Position numbers and translations under genes: made by a program. Shown here piece after piece: positions 48,999 to 60,457 of a stretch of DNA of 64,000 bases (its first letter is position 1; each line of letters starts with the position of its first letter). The DNA comes from Candidatus Poriferihabitaceae bacterium. Its GTDB lineage: Bacteria; Pseudomonadota; Gammaproteobacteria; Arenicellales; Poriferihabitantaceae. The stretch is from contig OZ245364.1 of NCBI GenBank assembly GCA_965226545.1, forward strand, positions 2,170,397 to 2,234,396, given 5' to 3'. A model generated the notes under the pieces. That model had not been told where the DNA came from. It did no database searches and was given only the letters and a program-made list of their open reading frames with translations.

Positions 48999-49005
48999 AC
49001 GCTGA

Positions 49006-51480
<2,475 letters not shown>

Positions 51481-51582
51481 CGACGGTCGATAGTGACAGT
51501 CGATAATGCCGTTCGATGTTCACGGTTGCATAAGCAAGTGCAGTGCAAGTGACAAGTTAAGTGCCAACGCAATTTAATAAAC

Positions 51583-51616
51583 AAAAAGCCCGCCGTGTTA
51601 TGCAACAACGGCGGGC
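51583..51616 (-). terminator. Rho-independent terminator downstream of the autotransporter gene
   Basis: GCCCGCCGT-11 nt-ACGGCGGGC. On the minus strand the hairpin is followed by TTTTT (+ strand aaaaa at 51583-87). Confidence 0.8.
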
Positions 51617-51676
51617 GCGACAGTTTAAGTTTTGTACTCTTGTATAACGCTTGTATAAGTAACTTAACAAGTCACC

Positions 51677-54600
51677 TCAAAACCGCACCGCCCCCCGCAA
51701 CAACACCCGCCGTTCATCAACCGCCTTATCGTGTCGTTCGCCGGTAAGGTTCAAATCAAAATACCGATGCGGCGACCAATCGACGCCGAGGCGATAAAGG
51801 TCATCGTCGCCGGTGACGGCATCGAAGAACGGCGCGAATAATCCGCCTTGACTTTGGATGCCGTACGACAGCCGCGATTCGCTGCGCCAGCGATAATCAT
51901 CCGCGACATTGTCGTTACCGTCGCCGCCGTCAATATCATCCAACGATTCGGCATTCCACACCCCGCCGACCGTGCGCGCCGCTTCGCCGTAACTTGGGCG
52001 CAATCGCAACGCCAATCCCTGTCGGTCGCCGCCCGCGCTGATGCGCAACTGCCCATACGCGCCCCATTCTTGATACTCGGAGCGCCCCATTAAGCCGTGC
52101 GCGCCGATTTCGAATCGGGTGCGTTTGCCAAAATAATTCCACTTCGCCGCGCCTTCCAAGGCGGTGCCGGTGTCGCCGTCTCCGCCGTCTTGGCGCATGC
52201 CGAATTCGAAGAAGGCGGTGTGCGGGTCGGCGGCGGGGCGCATGCGCCATTTGAGCGCGAGACGCGCGGTGGTGGCGCGGATGGTTTGGGCGCGCAGGAT
52301 GTATTTGCGATTGCCGACGAGGGTTTCGAAGTCGTCTTCGATTTCCAACGCACCGCCATGCCATTCGCCGCGCACTTGCAGTTGCGGCGTGAGGTCGTCG
52401 CTTGCGCCGATGCCGGCGGCGGTCATATCGAGGTTGCTTGCAAGTTCACCGCCATCTTCGCGGCGGATGGTTAATTTGCCGTCGCCGACGCCGCTGCTCA
52501 GCCACAAATTAAAATCGCCGTGTTGCCAATTAAGATATTGGTATTGGCTATCGATGTTGATGCGGTATTCGCCGGTGGCGTCGTATCCGTCTATGGCGTT
52601 GCCGTCTTCGTCGATGGCGAATTGGTCGTCGAGTTCATAATCAATCACCGTGTCGTTCTTGGCGAAGGCGACGCCGAGCAGCAAATTATCCCATTGATAA
52701 TCGACGCCCAAATGCACGCCGTCCATTTCGCCGTGCCAATCGACGACATCGCTTTGCGATTTCATTTTGCGAAAATGCGCCCCGCCCCACACCGCCCCGC
52801 CATTGCGCGAAGGCGTTTCAGTTTGCAATGGCCATACAAAATGGCTGTCGTTTAATAGTTGTTTTTCATCCAGCACACCGTCCACATAGGCTTTGGCGGT
52901 GGTTGCCAACGCCGCCATCGGGTCTTGATGTCCGCCGATGCTTGCACTCGGCGTTTGGTTTGTGCGAAGTTTGGCGACTTCGATGCGGTCGGTGATTGCA
53001 TTCATCGCCGCCCCAACCATCACCGCCGCGACTTTGGATAATATCTCGACATTGGCTTCGGTGAATTCGTCAATCGCTTTGCCGCGGCCGACGGTTAACA
53101 TTAATGTCTGCGTCGCTTCGCCGATTTTATTATTTTGCATCATCAGGTTGGCGGTTAGCGAATAGGTTAACCCTTCGACATCAACCAGCCGACCAAACTC
53201 TTCATCGCTGATTAAGGTTTGGGTGGCGGCGTCATAACTTAACCCGGCGTCGCTCGGCGGTGGCGTAAATTCATAACTCAATGAAACGTTGCCGGCGGCA
53301 TAAGTCAAGCCCAAGTCCGGCGTGTTGGTTAATGAATACGTGGCGGCGACGCCGGCGGTGAAAAGTAATTCGCGGGTTGGTGCAACGGCAATCGGCAGGA
53401 TATCCAAGGTGAACACAGCCGTCACGCCCGCACCGTTTTTGTCGGTGGCGATATAGGTTAACAGCGGCGACAGTTGAGATGCGAAGGTGATGGTCAACGG
53501 CCCATAAATCGTGCGGTCAAATTCGTAATCGCCATCGTGCGCAAACTTGTTAAAGGTCAATTGCCGAGTCAAACCATAGAGTTCACTAATGTACGGCGCC
53601 CACCCGCCGCCGGCTTTCGGCAATTCCAATTCGCCTTGCCCGACGGTGTAGGTCAACGGCGAATCAACCGTCAATGCAATCGCTCGATGAATGCGGAAAG
53701 TAATCGGCAACATCGCCGATGCACCGTGGCGGTCAGTCGCAATCATCGTCAATAGGTAAGTTCGCTCGACTTCGGTGCCGCTATAAGCGCCCGGCGTACC
53801 GTCAATGCGCGGCGGGCTGTTCAGCAACGTCAATCCATCCGGCGGGTTGGGTTGCATCGAATAAGTTAACCCGCCAAAACCGTCGCTCGCTTGCGGCAAG
53901 GTGCCGCTGAAGGTATGTCCGACGGTGGCTTCCAACTGCTCCGCCGTAGTCGTAAAGGTCGGCGGCGGCACGATATGCACCATCAACGCAAAGGTGAACA
54001 TCCGCGCATCGACATCGGTCACGATTCGTTCGTAGGAATAATCGCCGATGCTGCGCGGGATTCCGCTGATGACGATTCTGTTGTCGGCGAGTTCGGTCGA
54101 GATGAAATCCGCCGGCAAGGTGTCGATGCCGCTGTGATACGACAACATCCCGATGCCGCCGGATGCATTGGGCAAGGTTAATGAATCGTTGCGATTGCCG
54201 TTTGCGGTGAAGGAGATTGCGCCGACGGTGTATGTCGCCGCCATCACCCCGGCCGCGAATTCAGGTTGGAAGATGCCGAAATCGAAGGTTGCGCTTGCGC
54301 TGGTCGAATCGAATGCATCGGTTGCGGTCAACACCAATCGCGTGCTGAATCGAGTTGGCGGGGCAACGCCGCTGAGTTGGTTGGCGGTGGCGTTATAGGT
54401 AACCCCGTTCGGCAAGGTTGGCCCGCCGCCGCCGACATCGGTCAAGGTATACACAATCGTCGGGTCGATGTAGTTCACCGCCCGGCCGAGCGATACGCTA
54501 AAGGTTGCGTTGGTGCCATAGCGCAATTCGCCCTGCGCGATTTGCAACGGCTCGGTTACATAAAATGCGGTGTTTTGTGCGGTGGTGGCGTTATGCGCAT

Positions 54601-56761
54601 CTCGGGCGTGATATGCCATTGCGTGCGTTGCCGCCGCCACCGGCGTGCCTGTAACGGCGCGCGTATTTTCTTCGAATGTGAATCCATTGGCGGCGAATGC
54701 CGGGTCGGTGAATGCCGAATATGTGCCGGCGGTTAGGCGATAGGTTAATGGGGCGGATGGCGTTATCGGCGTGCCGCCGGTGGCTTGCGGCAAGGTGATG
54801 TCGCTGATGGCGGTGCCGCTGCGGAAGGAATAGCCGACGGTGGTGAGTCGCGTAATATCCCCGGCGGCGAATGCCGGCGGGGTGACCAGGGCGATGGTGA
54901 AGGTGAGTTCGGCGATGCCGCCGAGTCCGTCTGATGCGACCAAGGTTACTTGTCGTTCGCCGGGGTTTGCCGCACCGCCGAGATAGCGCAATTCGCGGCT
55001 GTTGGGGTCGAATTGCAATGGCGAAGGCAACAGGGGGATTGCGTACGCCAACGGCAATCCGCTCGGCGAATCGGCGGTTGGCAAGGTGTATTCGGTGGCG
55101 GTGCCGATGCTGTAACTCAATGCGCTTTGGGTTGCCGTGAAGGTCGGGGCGGCGACGATGGTGAAGGTTAAATCGGCGAAGCCATAGCCAAGGCTGGGGG
55201 TGCTGCGCCGGGCATAAGCGGCGAGTAATCGCGCCGCATAACCGCTTAATAATCCGGCGGATGCGCGGCTGGCTACGGTTATCGGGTAATGGGTGTCGTC
55301 TGGGATTTCAACATCGAAGCCGTTGGCATCGAATGCGCTAAGTGCGGCGGCTTGGTCTGAGGTGCTCGCTTCGATTACCGAATAGATCACCACTTCCGGC
55401 GGCGCATCGCCTGTGGATTGCGGCAGGGTTATTGTGCGGGGTGCGCCTTGTACGAAGGTGAAGTTATAGCCGCTTGGCGTGAACCCCGGCGGGTCGGCGG
55501 TCACTTGTATCCACACTTGTGCGCTGTCGGTGTCGCCGTTGGTGTCCGTCACTGTGATGGTGTGTTCGGTTAATGGCGTGGCGGCGGCGGCGCCGGTTTG
55601 TTGGATGGTGTAGGTTAGCGGGGTGGAGCCGGTGGAGATTATGTCCAATCCGCCCGGCAACGATGGGGTGGCGGTAGCGGTGACAGTGCCGCTGCCGCCG
55701 GTGATGTCGAAACTATGTACGCCGGATGCGCCGCTTACATATACGAATGTGCCGATGTTTGCGACGGTGAATTCGGGTGGGTTATGCGCCGATATGTTAA
55801 ATGTTGTGGCGGCGGTGCCAACGTCGTTGGTGGCGGTTAGGATGTAGTCGCCGTCTGCGTCTGTGCCGATGGCGTCGGTGGCGATGAGTTCACGAGTGGC
55901 TTCATCGAATGTTAACGCCGCCGGGAAAGTGCCGGTTTCGCGGGTTAATGAGTAGGTTACGTTGTCGCCGGTGGCTTCTACGAGTGTGAATGCACCGGCT
56001 ACGCCGGCTTCGAATGTTAAGTCGGGTTGTGGGGTGGTGAAGTTTACTGGGGTGACGACAGAAAACCTGAGTGTGGACTGAGAGATGCCTGTGCCGATAG
56101 AAGCGTCTAAACTGAAGAACGCGCTTATTACATGGCTGTATTCAGAAATCCCTGCGCTTGTCCTGCTGGTTACAGTAATCGGGTAAACCCCGGGACTCGC
56201 GGAAAGTTCGAAACCGCGATTGTTAAATTCGTCGGCGACGGGGGTACCTGAGGCATTCGCCGAAATTATGTAACTTAAGGCGTTCATCGCATCGCCTTGC
56301 GCTTGTGGCAGTGTAACTGACGACACTGTGCCTTGCACGAAAGTGAAATGTATATTCGCAGCGGTAAATGTCGGCGCAGTGGCAAGCACTTGCATTTCAA
56401 CCGAAGAAGTGTCGCTGTCGCCGTTGGCATCGGTAATCGTCATCGAATAAGTCGACAACGCCGTCACCGTCGCCGCACCGGTTTGCGTGAAAGTGGCCGG
56501 CGTACCGTGCGACACCGTCAAACCACTCGGCAAAGCGGGGGAAAAGGAATAAGTTAAAACGCCGACGCCGCCGGTTACGGTGAATCTATGCGTACCGCCG
56601 CCGTCAGTAACCCAAACAAACGGACCCAACGAAGCCGCCACAGAAGGCCCAGTTTGCGCATTGGCATGCGGAATACAAACCATACACAACAACACCAGAC
56701 AACCCCAATAAAACAAAAACCCGCGACAAACCGAATTGGCGGCGGCGAGCGGTGCGGGCAT
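51677..56761 (-). CDS. Giant autotransporter adhesin with tandem Ig-like (He_PIG/cadherin-like) passenger modules
   Basis: The signal-like start MPAPLAAANSVCRGFLFYWGCLVLLCMVCIPHANAQ at 56761 is preferred over the TTG at 56914. More than 10 modules of ~95-100 aa recur with LTYS(L/F)T...LP.GLT motifs. The C-terminal ~280 aa is beta-barrel-like and ends LLRGAVRF. Confidence 0.8.
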   Translation of the reverse strand: MPAPLAAANSVCRGFLFYWGCLVLLCMVCIPHANAQTGPSVAASLGPFVWVTDGGGTHRFTVTGGVGVLTYSFSPALPSGLTVSHGTPATFTQTGAATVTALSTYSMTITDANGDSDTSSVEMQVLATAPTFTAANIHFTFVQGTVSSVTLPQAQGDAMNALSYIISANASGTPVADEFNNRGFELSASPGVYPITVTSRTSAGISEYSHVISAFFSLDASIGTGISQSTLRFSVVTPVNFTTPQPDLTFEAGVAGAFTLVEATGDNVTYSLTRETGTFPAALTFDEATRELIATDAIGTDADGDYILTATNDVGTAATTFNISAHNPPEFTVANIGTFVYVSGASGVHSFDITGGSGTVTATATPSLPGGLDIISTGSTPLTYTIQQTGAAAATPLTEHTITVTDTNGDTDSAQVWIQVTADPPGFTPSGYNFTFVQGAPRTITLPQSTGDAPPEVVIYSVIEASTSDQAAALSAFDANGFDVEIPDDTHYPITVASRASAGLLSGYAARLLAAYARRSTPSLGYGFADLTFTIVAAPTFTATQSALSYSIGTATEYTLPTADSPSGLPLAYAIPLLPSPLQFDPNSRELRYLGGAANPGERQVTLVASDGLGGIAELTFTIALVTPPAFAAGDITRLTTVGYSFRSGTAISDITLPQATGGTPITPSAPLTYRLTAGTYSAFTDPAFAANGFTFEENTRAVTGTPVAAATHAMAYHARDAHNATTAQNTAFYVTEPLQIAQGELRYGTNATFSVSLGRAVNYIDPTIVYTLTDVGGGGPTLPNGVTYNATANQLSGVAPPTRFSTRLVLTATDAFDSTSASATFDFGIFQPEFAAGVMAATYTVGAISFTANGNRNDSLTLPNASGGIGMLSYHSGIDTLPADFISTELADNRIVISGIPRSIGDYSYERIVTDVDARMFTFALMVHIVPPPTFTTTAEQLEATVGHTFSGTLPQASDGFGGLTYSMQPNPPDGLTLLNSPPRIDGTPGAYSGTEVERTYLLTMIATDRHGASAMLPITFRIHRAIALTVDSPLTYTVGQGELELPKAGGGWAPYISELYGLTRQLTFNKFAHDGDYEFDRTIYGPLTITFASQLSPLLTYIATDKNGAGVTAVFTLDILPIAVAPTRELLFTAGVAATYSLTNTPDLGLTYAAGNVSLSYEFTPPPSDAGLSYDAATQTLISDEEFGRLVDVEGLTYSLTANLMMQNNKIGEATQTLMLTVGRGKAIDEFTEANVEILSKVAAVMVGAAMNAITDRIEVAKLRTNQTPSASIGGHQDPMAALATTAKAYVDGVLDEKQLLNDSHFVWPLQTETPSRNGGAVWGGAHFRKMKSQSDVVDWHGEMDGVHLGVDYQWDNLLLGVAFAKNDTVIDYELDDQFAIDEDGNAIDGYDATGEYRINIDSQYQYLNWQHGDFNLWLSSGVGDGKLTIRREDGGELASNLDMTAAGIGASDDLTPQLQVRGEWHGGALEIEDDFETLVGNRKYILRAQTIRATTARLALKWRMRPAADPHTAFFEFGMRQDGGDGDTGTALEGAAKWNYFGKRTRFEIGAHGLMGRSEYQEWGAYGQLRISAGGDRQGLALRLRPSYGEAARTVGGVWNAESLDDIDGGDGNDNVADDYRWRSESRLSYGIQSQGGLFAPFFDAVTGDDDLYRLGVDWSPHRYFDLNLTGERHDKAVDERRVLLRGAVRF

Positions 56762-57034
56762 TGGCGGGGAAAGAGGGCGATAAGACACGGGATAATCATC
56801 GATAACAAACGCAACGAAACTGACAAAACAGCGGCGGCAATAATCACAAATGCAAACAACCGCAAACCAATCGCATACCAAACGCAAAATACCCTGCTTG
56901 GCGGAAGATGTCAAGGGGTTTTTTTGGGGAATGTGTGGTGGGGTTAATGGAAATGTTGGGGGTTTATTGTGGTATTAACACGAGTGAAAACGATGCCGCC
57001 CGCAACCGGTTAAGGTGGTGCGGGCGGGGATGGA

Positions 57035-57526
57035 TTAGTTAAAAATGTTCAGGATGCCCAAAACGGCAACCACTGCGCCGATAATCCCAAGCACTGTGCC
57101 GATAATCCCGAGAAACCACGAAAAGTTGCGATGAAAGCGAGCCGATTCCTCATCACGCCGCCGCTGGTCCTCACGATGCCGCTTGTCAGCCGCCGCCATC
57201 TCCTCGCGATGTCGCCGCTCATCTTCACGCCGCCGCTGCGCATCCACAGCACGCTCGGCACGACGACGACGCTCCTCGGCGGCACGTTCATTCCGCCAAC
57301 GTTTCTCGGCATCCGCCAACATCTTCGCCGTGGATTTGTCGTTCTTCGCCATGACTCGAGCGATGGCGACTTCCAAACTTTCCGTCGCAACCAAATTCGC
57401 CTGCGCATTCCGCAAGGCAACAACAATCGCCTTCGCCAACTCATCCGGCATACCGGCATTGGCAATTTTGTCGGATTCTTGCAAAGTGTCGAATTCGGGT
57501 TTCGGGGGTTTCGTTGAGGGTTTCAT
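57035..57526 (-). CDS. DUF1640-like tail-anchored coiled-coil protein, paralogue 1
   Basis: MKPSTKPPKPEFDTLQESDKIANAGMPDELAKAIVVALRNAQANLV..., then an Arg/Glu-rich coiled coil and the C-terminal TM WFLGIIGTVLGIIGAVVAVLGIL. GGAG lies 7 nt upstream of the ATG. Confidence 0.8.
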   Translation of the reverse strand: MKPSTKPPKPEFDTLQESDKIANAGMPDELAKAIVVALRNAQANLVATESLEVAIARVMAKNDKSTAKMLADAEKRWRNERAAEERRRRAERAVDAQRRREDERRHREEMAAADKRHREDQRRRDEESARFHRNFSWFLGIIGTVLGIIGAVVAVLGILNIFN

Positions 57527-57566
57527 TGGTGACTCCGTCAAATTGAGGTTAAGGATGATAAACCAA

Positions 57567-57583
57567 TGCAATATCAAATTGCA
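57567..57583. promoter_or_regulatory. Palindrome TGCAAT-atcaa-ATTGCA upstream of paralogue 1 (variants occur upstream of the other paralogues)
   Basis: The identical 17-mer recurs at 59008-59024 (upstream of paralogue 3). The degenerate forms GGCAacatcaaaTGCC (~58305-58320) and TGCAATATCAAACTGCC (~59676-59692) lie upstream of paralogues 2 and 4. Each is ~40-65 nt from its ATG. Confidence 0.4.
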
Positions 57584-57615
57584 CAAATGTCAAGCCGCAC
57601 AAGCGTTGATGCGGA

Positions 57616-58239
57616 TTAGCCGAAAATTTTCAGTACGCCCAAAACGGCAACCACTACGCCGATAATCCCGAGCGCTGTGCCGATAATCCCGAGAAACCAC
57701 GACAAAGTGCGATGAGCGCGATCCGAATCTTTGGCGCGCTGCTGTTGGTCCTCGCGATGCTGCTTGTCGCGCGCCGCCATATCTTCCTTATGACGTTGCT
57801 GCTCTTCACGACGAAGTTTTTCATCCGCAGCACGGTCTTCACGCCGACGCCGCTCTTCGGCGGCGCGTTCTTCGCGACGACGTTGTTCATCGGCGGCGCG
57901 GTCTTTCTGCCGACGTTGCTCTTCGGCGGCGCGGTCTTCCCGCCAGCGTGCTTCGGTGGCAGCCATATCCTCGCGATGAATTCGTCTGGCTTCAGCCATC
58001 GCCGCTTGAAAGCGATGTTCGGCATCCGCCGACCTTTTCGCCATGGATTTGTCGAATTTCGCGAATACTTTGTCGATATCGCCTTCGAGACGTTCCGTAG
58101 AGACCAAATTCGCCTGCGCATTCTGTAAGGCGACCACAATCGCCTTCGCCAACTCATCCGGCATGCCGGCATTGGCAATTTTGTCGGATTCTTGCAAAGT
58201 GTCGAATTCGGGTTTCGGTTGTTTCGTTGAGGGTTTCAT
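57616..58239 (-). CDS. DUF1640-like tail-anchored coiled-coil protein, paralogue 2
   Basis: Same N-terminal 45 aa and same C-terminal TM as paralogue 1. The 3' ~200 nt is nearly identical to paralogue 3. It has four 11-aa (E/D)RAA(E/D)E(Q/R)RR-type units. Confidence 0.8.
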   Translation of the reverse strand: MKPSTKQPKPEFDTLQESDKIANAGMPDELAKAIVVALQNAQANLVSTERLEGDIDKVFAKFDKSMAKRSADAEHRFQAAMAEARRIHREDMAATEARWREDRAAEEQRRQKDRAADEQRRREERAAEERRRREDRAADEKLRREEQQRHKEDMAARDKQHREDQQQRAKDSDRAHRTLSWFLGIIGTALGIIGVVVAVLGVLKIFG

Positions 58240-58376
58240 TGGTGACTCCATCAGGATTGAATAAAGAATGAAATACGATTTACAAAGTTAAGGATAACAA
58301 AAAGGCAACATCAAATGCCTCGCCAAAAATACCGCGCAACGCCCGCGCCGTCAAGCCGCGTGGGGGTTGATGCGGA

Positions 58377-58967
58377 TTAGCCGAAAATTTTCAGTACGCC
58401 CAAAACGGCAACCACTACGCCGATAATCCCGAGCGCTGTGCCGATAATCCCGAGAAACCACGACAAAGTGCGATGAGCGCGATCCGAATCTTTGGCGCGC
58501 TGCTGTTGGTCCTCGCGATGCTGCTTATCGCGCGCCGCCATATCTTCCTTATGACGTTGCTGCTCTTCACGACGGCGTTGCTCATCCGCGGCGCGGTTTT
58601 CGCTGTGGCGTTTCTCTTCGGCGGCGCGGTCTTTCTGCCGACGTTGCTCTTCGGCGGCGCGGTCTTCCCGCCAACGTGCTTCGGTGGCCGCCATATCTTC
58701 GCGATGAAGTCGTCTGGCTTCAGCCATCGCCGCTTGAAAGCGATGTTCGGCATCCGCCGACCTTTTCGCCATGGAGTTGTCGAATTTCGCGAATACTTTG
58801 TCGATATCGCCTTCGAGACGTTCCGTAGAAACCAAATTCGCCTGCGCATTCTGCAAGGCAACAACAATCGCCTTCGCCAACTCATCCGGCATGCCGGCAT
58901 TGGCAATTTTGTCGGATTCTTGCAAAGTGTCGAATTCGGGTTTCGGGGGTTTCGTTGAGGGTTTCAT
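58377..58967 (-). CDS. DUF1640-like tail-anchored coiled-coil protein, paralogue 3
   Basis: As above, with three 11-aa Arg/Glu units. The GGAG-N7-ATG start context is conserved. Confidence 0.8.
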   Translation of the reverse strand: MKPSTKPPKPEFDTLQESDKIANAGMPDELAKAIVVALQNAQANLVSTERLEGDIDKVFAKFDNSMAKRSADAEHRFQAAMAEARRLHREDMAATEARWREDRAAEEQRRQKDRAAEEKRHSENRAADEQRRREEQQRHKEDMAARDKQHREDQQQRAKDSDRAHRTLSWFLGIIGTALGIIGVVVAVLGVLKIFG

Positions 58968-59056
58968 TGGTGACTCCGTCAAATTGAGGTTAAGGGTGAT
59001 AAACGAATGCAATATCAAATTGCATAGCCGCCAAGCCGCGCAGGCGTTGATGCGGA

Positions 59057-59626
59057 TTAGCCGAAAATTTTCAGTACGCCCAAAACGGCAACCACTGCGC
59101 CGATAATCCCGAGCGCTGTGCCGATAATCCCGAGAAACAGCGACAAAGTGCGATGAGCGCGATCCGCATCTTTGTCGCGCCGCTGTTGGTCATCGCGATG
59201 CTGCTTGTCGCGCGCCGCCATATCTTCCTTATGACGCCGCTCATCCGCGGCGCGGTTTTCGCTGTGGCGTTTCTCTTCGGCGGCGCGTTCTTCGCGGTGG
59301 CGTTGCTCTTCGGCGGCGCGGTCTTCGCGACGACGTTGTTCATCGGCGGCGCGGTCTTCCCGCCAGCGTTTTTCGATTGCCGCCATATCCTCGCGATGAA
59401 GTCGTCTGGCATCAGCCAACATCTTCGCCATGGATTTATCGCTTTTCGCCAAGATTTTGTCAATATTGCCTTCGAGACGTTCCGTAGAGACCAAATTCGC
59501 CTGCGCATTCTGCAAGGCGACCACAATCGCCTTCGCCAATTCATCCGGCATGCCGGCATCGGCAATTTTGTCGGATTCTTGCAAAGTGTCGAATTCGGGT
59601 TTCGGGGGTTTGGTTGAGGGTTTCAT
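59057..59626 (-). CDS. DUF1640-like tail-anchored coiled-coil protein, paralogue 4
   Basis: As above, with four Arg/Glu units. The start context and TM tail are conserved. Confidence 0.8.
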   Translation of the reverse strand: MKPSTKPPKPEFDTLQESDKIADAGMPDELAKAIVVALQNAQANLVSTERLEGNIDKILAKSDKSMAKMLADARRLHREDMAAIEKRWREDRAADEQRRREDRAAEEQRHREERAAEEKRHSENRAADERRHKEDMAARDKQHRDDQQRRDKDADRAHRTLSLFLGIIGTALGIIGAVVAVLGVLKIFG

Positions 59627-59749
59627 TGGTGACTCCATCAAGATTGAATAAAGAATAAAATACGATTTACAAAAATGCAATATCAAACTGCCACGCCAAA
59701 ATACCCCCAAACACCCCCGCCGTCAAGCCGCGCGGGCGTTAATTGCCAA

Positions 59750-60259
59750 TTAGTCGATAAAAATCAGCCCGAGTGTGAGATAAACCACAAAAATAAACGC
59801 CGTCCAAATCGCCAAATCGCCGACCGAAACGGAATCCATAACAATACGCCACAAGTCGACTTCCGTAATTATTAACGTCACCGCCATCGGTGCCGCCATA
59901 AACGCAACCGCGGAACACATGATGAGCGTTCCTACGTAGACGCTCGTCGCTTTGTGGTTGCCGGCATAAGAGAGCAACCATGCGAGACGGCTCAAACCGA
60001 TAAACCCAATCGCCGCCACCATTGCCAATTGTGGATTGAAATGAATGCTGAGCGACACCACGCCAATGACCGCCGCCGTAAACGCCGTCAACAAAACGGT
60101 CGCCGCCACCGCAATGAAATACACGCGCAACAACCGTTGACCGTAACGATTCGAATCGCCGACGTACGCCTGATTAATCGCAGACGCCGCTTGTTCCGCT
60201 TGTTCAGCGGACAAACCGGCATCGCGCAAAATTTCCAAAGTCGAGTGCGCGGGGTTCAT
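59750..60259 (-). CDS. Four-TM membrane protein with an N-terminal helix resembling the paralogue head domain
   Basis: From the ATG at 60259: MNPAHSTLEILRDAGLSAEQAEQAASAINQA, then four hydrophobic helices. It is on the same strand, directly upstream of the paralogue array. Confidence 0.6.
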   Translation of the reverse strand: MNPAHSTLEILRDAGLSAEQAEQAASAINQAYVGDSNRYGQRLLRVYFIAVAATVLLTAFTAAVIGVVSLSIHFNPQLAMVAAIGFIGLSRLAWLLSYAGNHKATSVYVGTLIMCSAVAFMAAPMAVTLIITEVDLWRIVMDSVSVGDLAIWTAFIFVVYLTLGLIFID

Positions 60260-60457
60260 CGATAATGCCTCGTTAATATAAGTGACAATATAGTGACAAC
60301 TATTCAGCAAAGTATAAAATAATCGTCAAGCAATCGTCAAACAAATGTATTGCGCGCGGCATTGGCGCGGGCGACGGTGCGATTTGGTTTCTGCTACACT
60401 TATCGACCCGCCGCCATCGCCGCAACCGACTCGCACTTCATCGCAACCGCCATCGTC

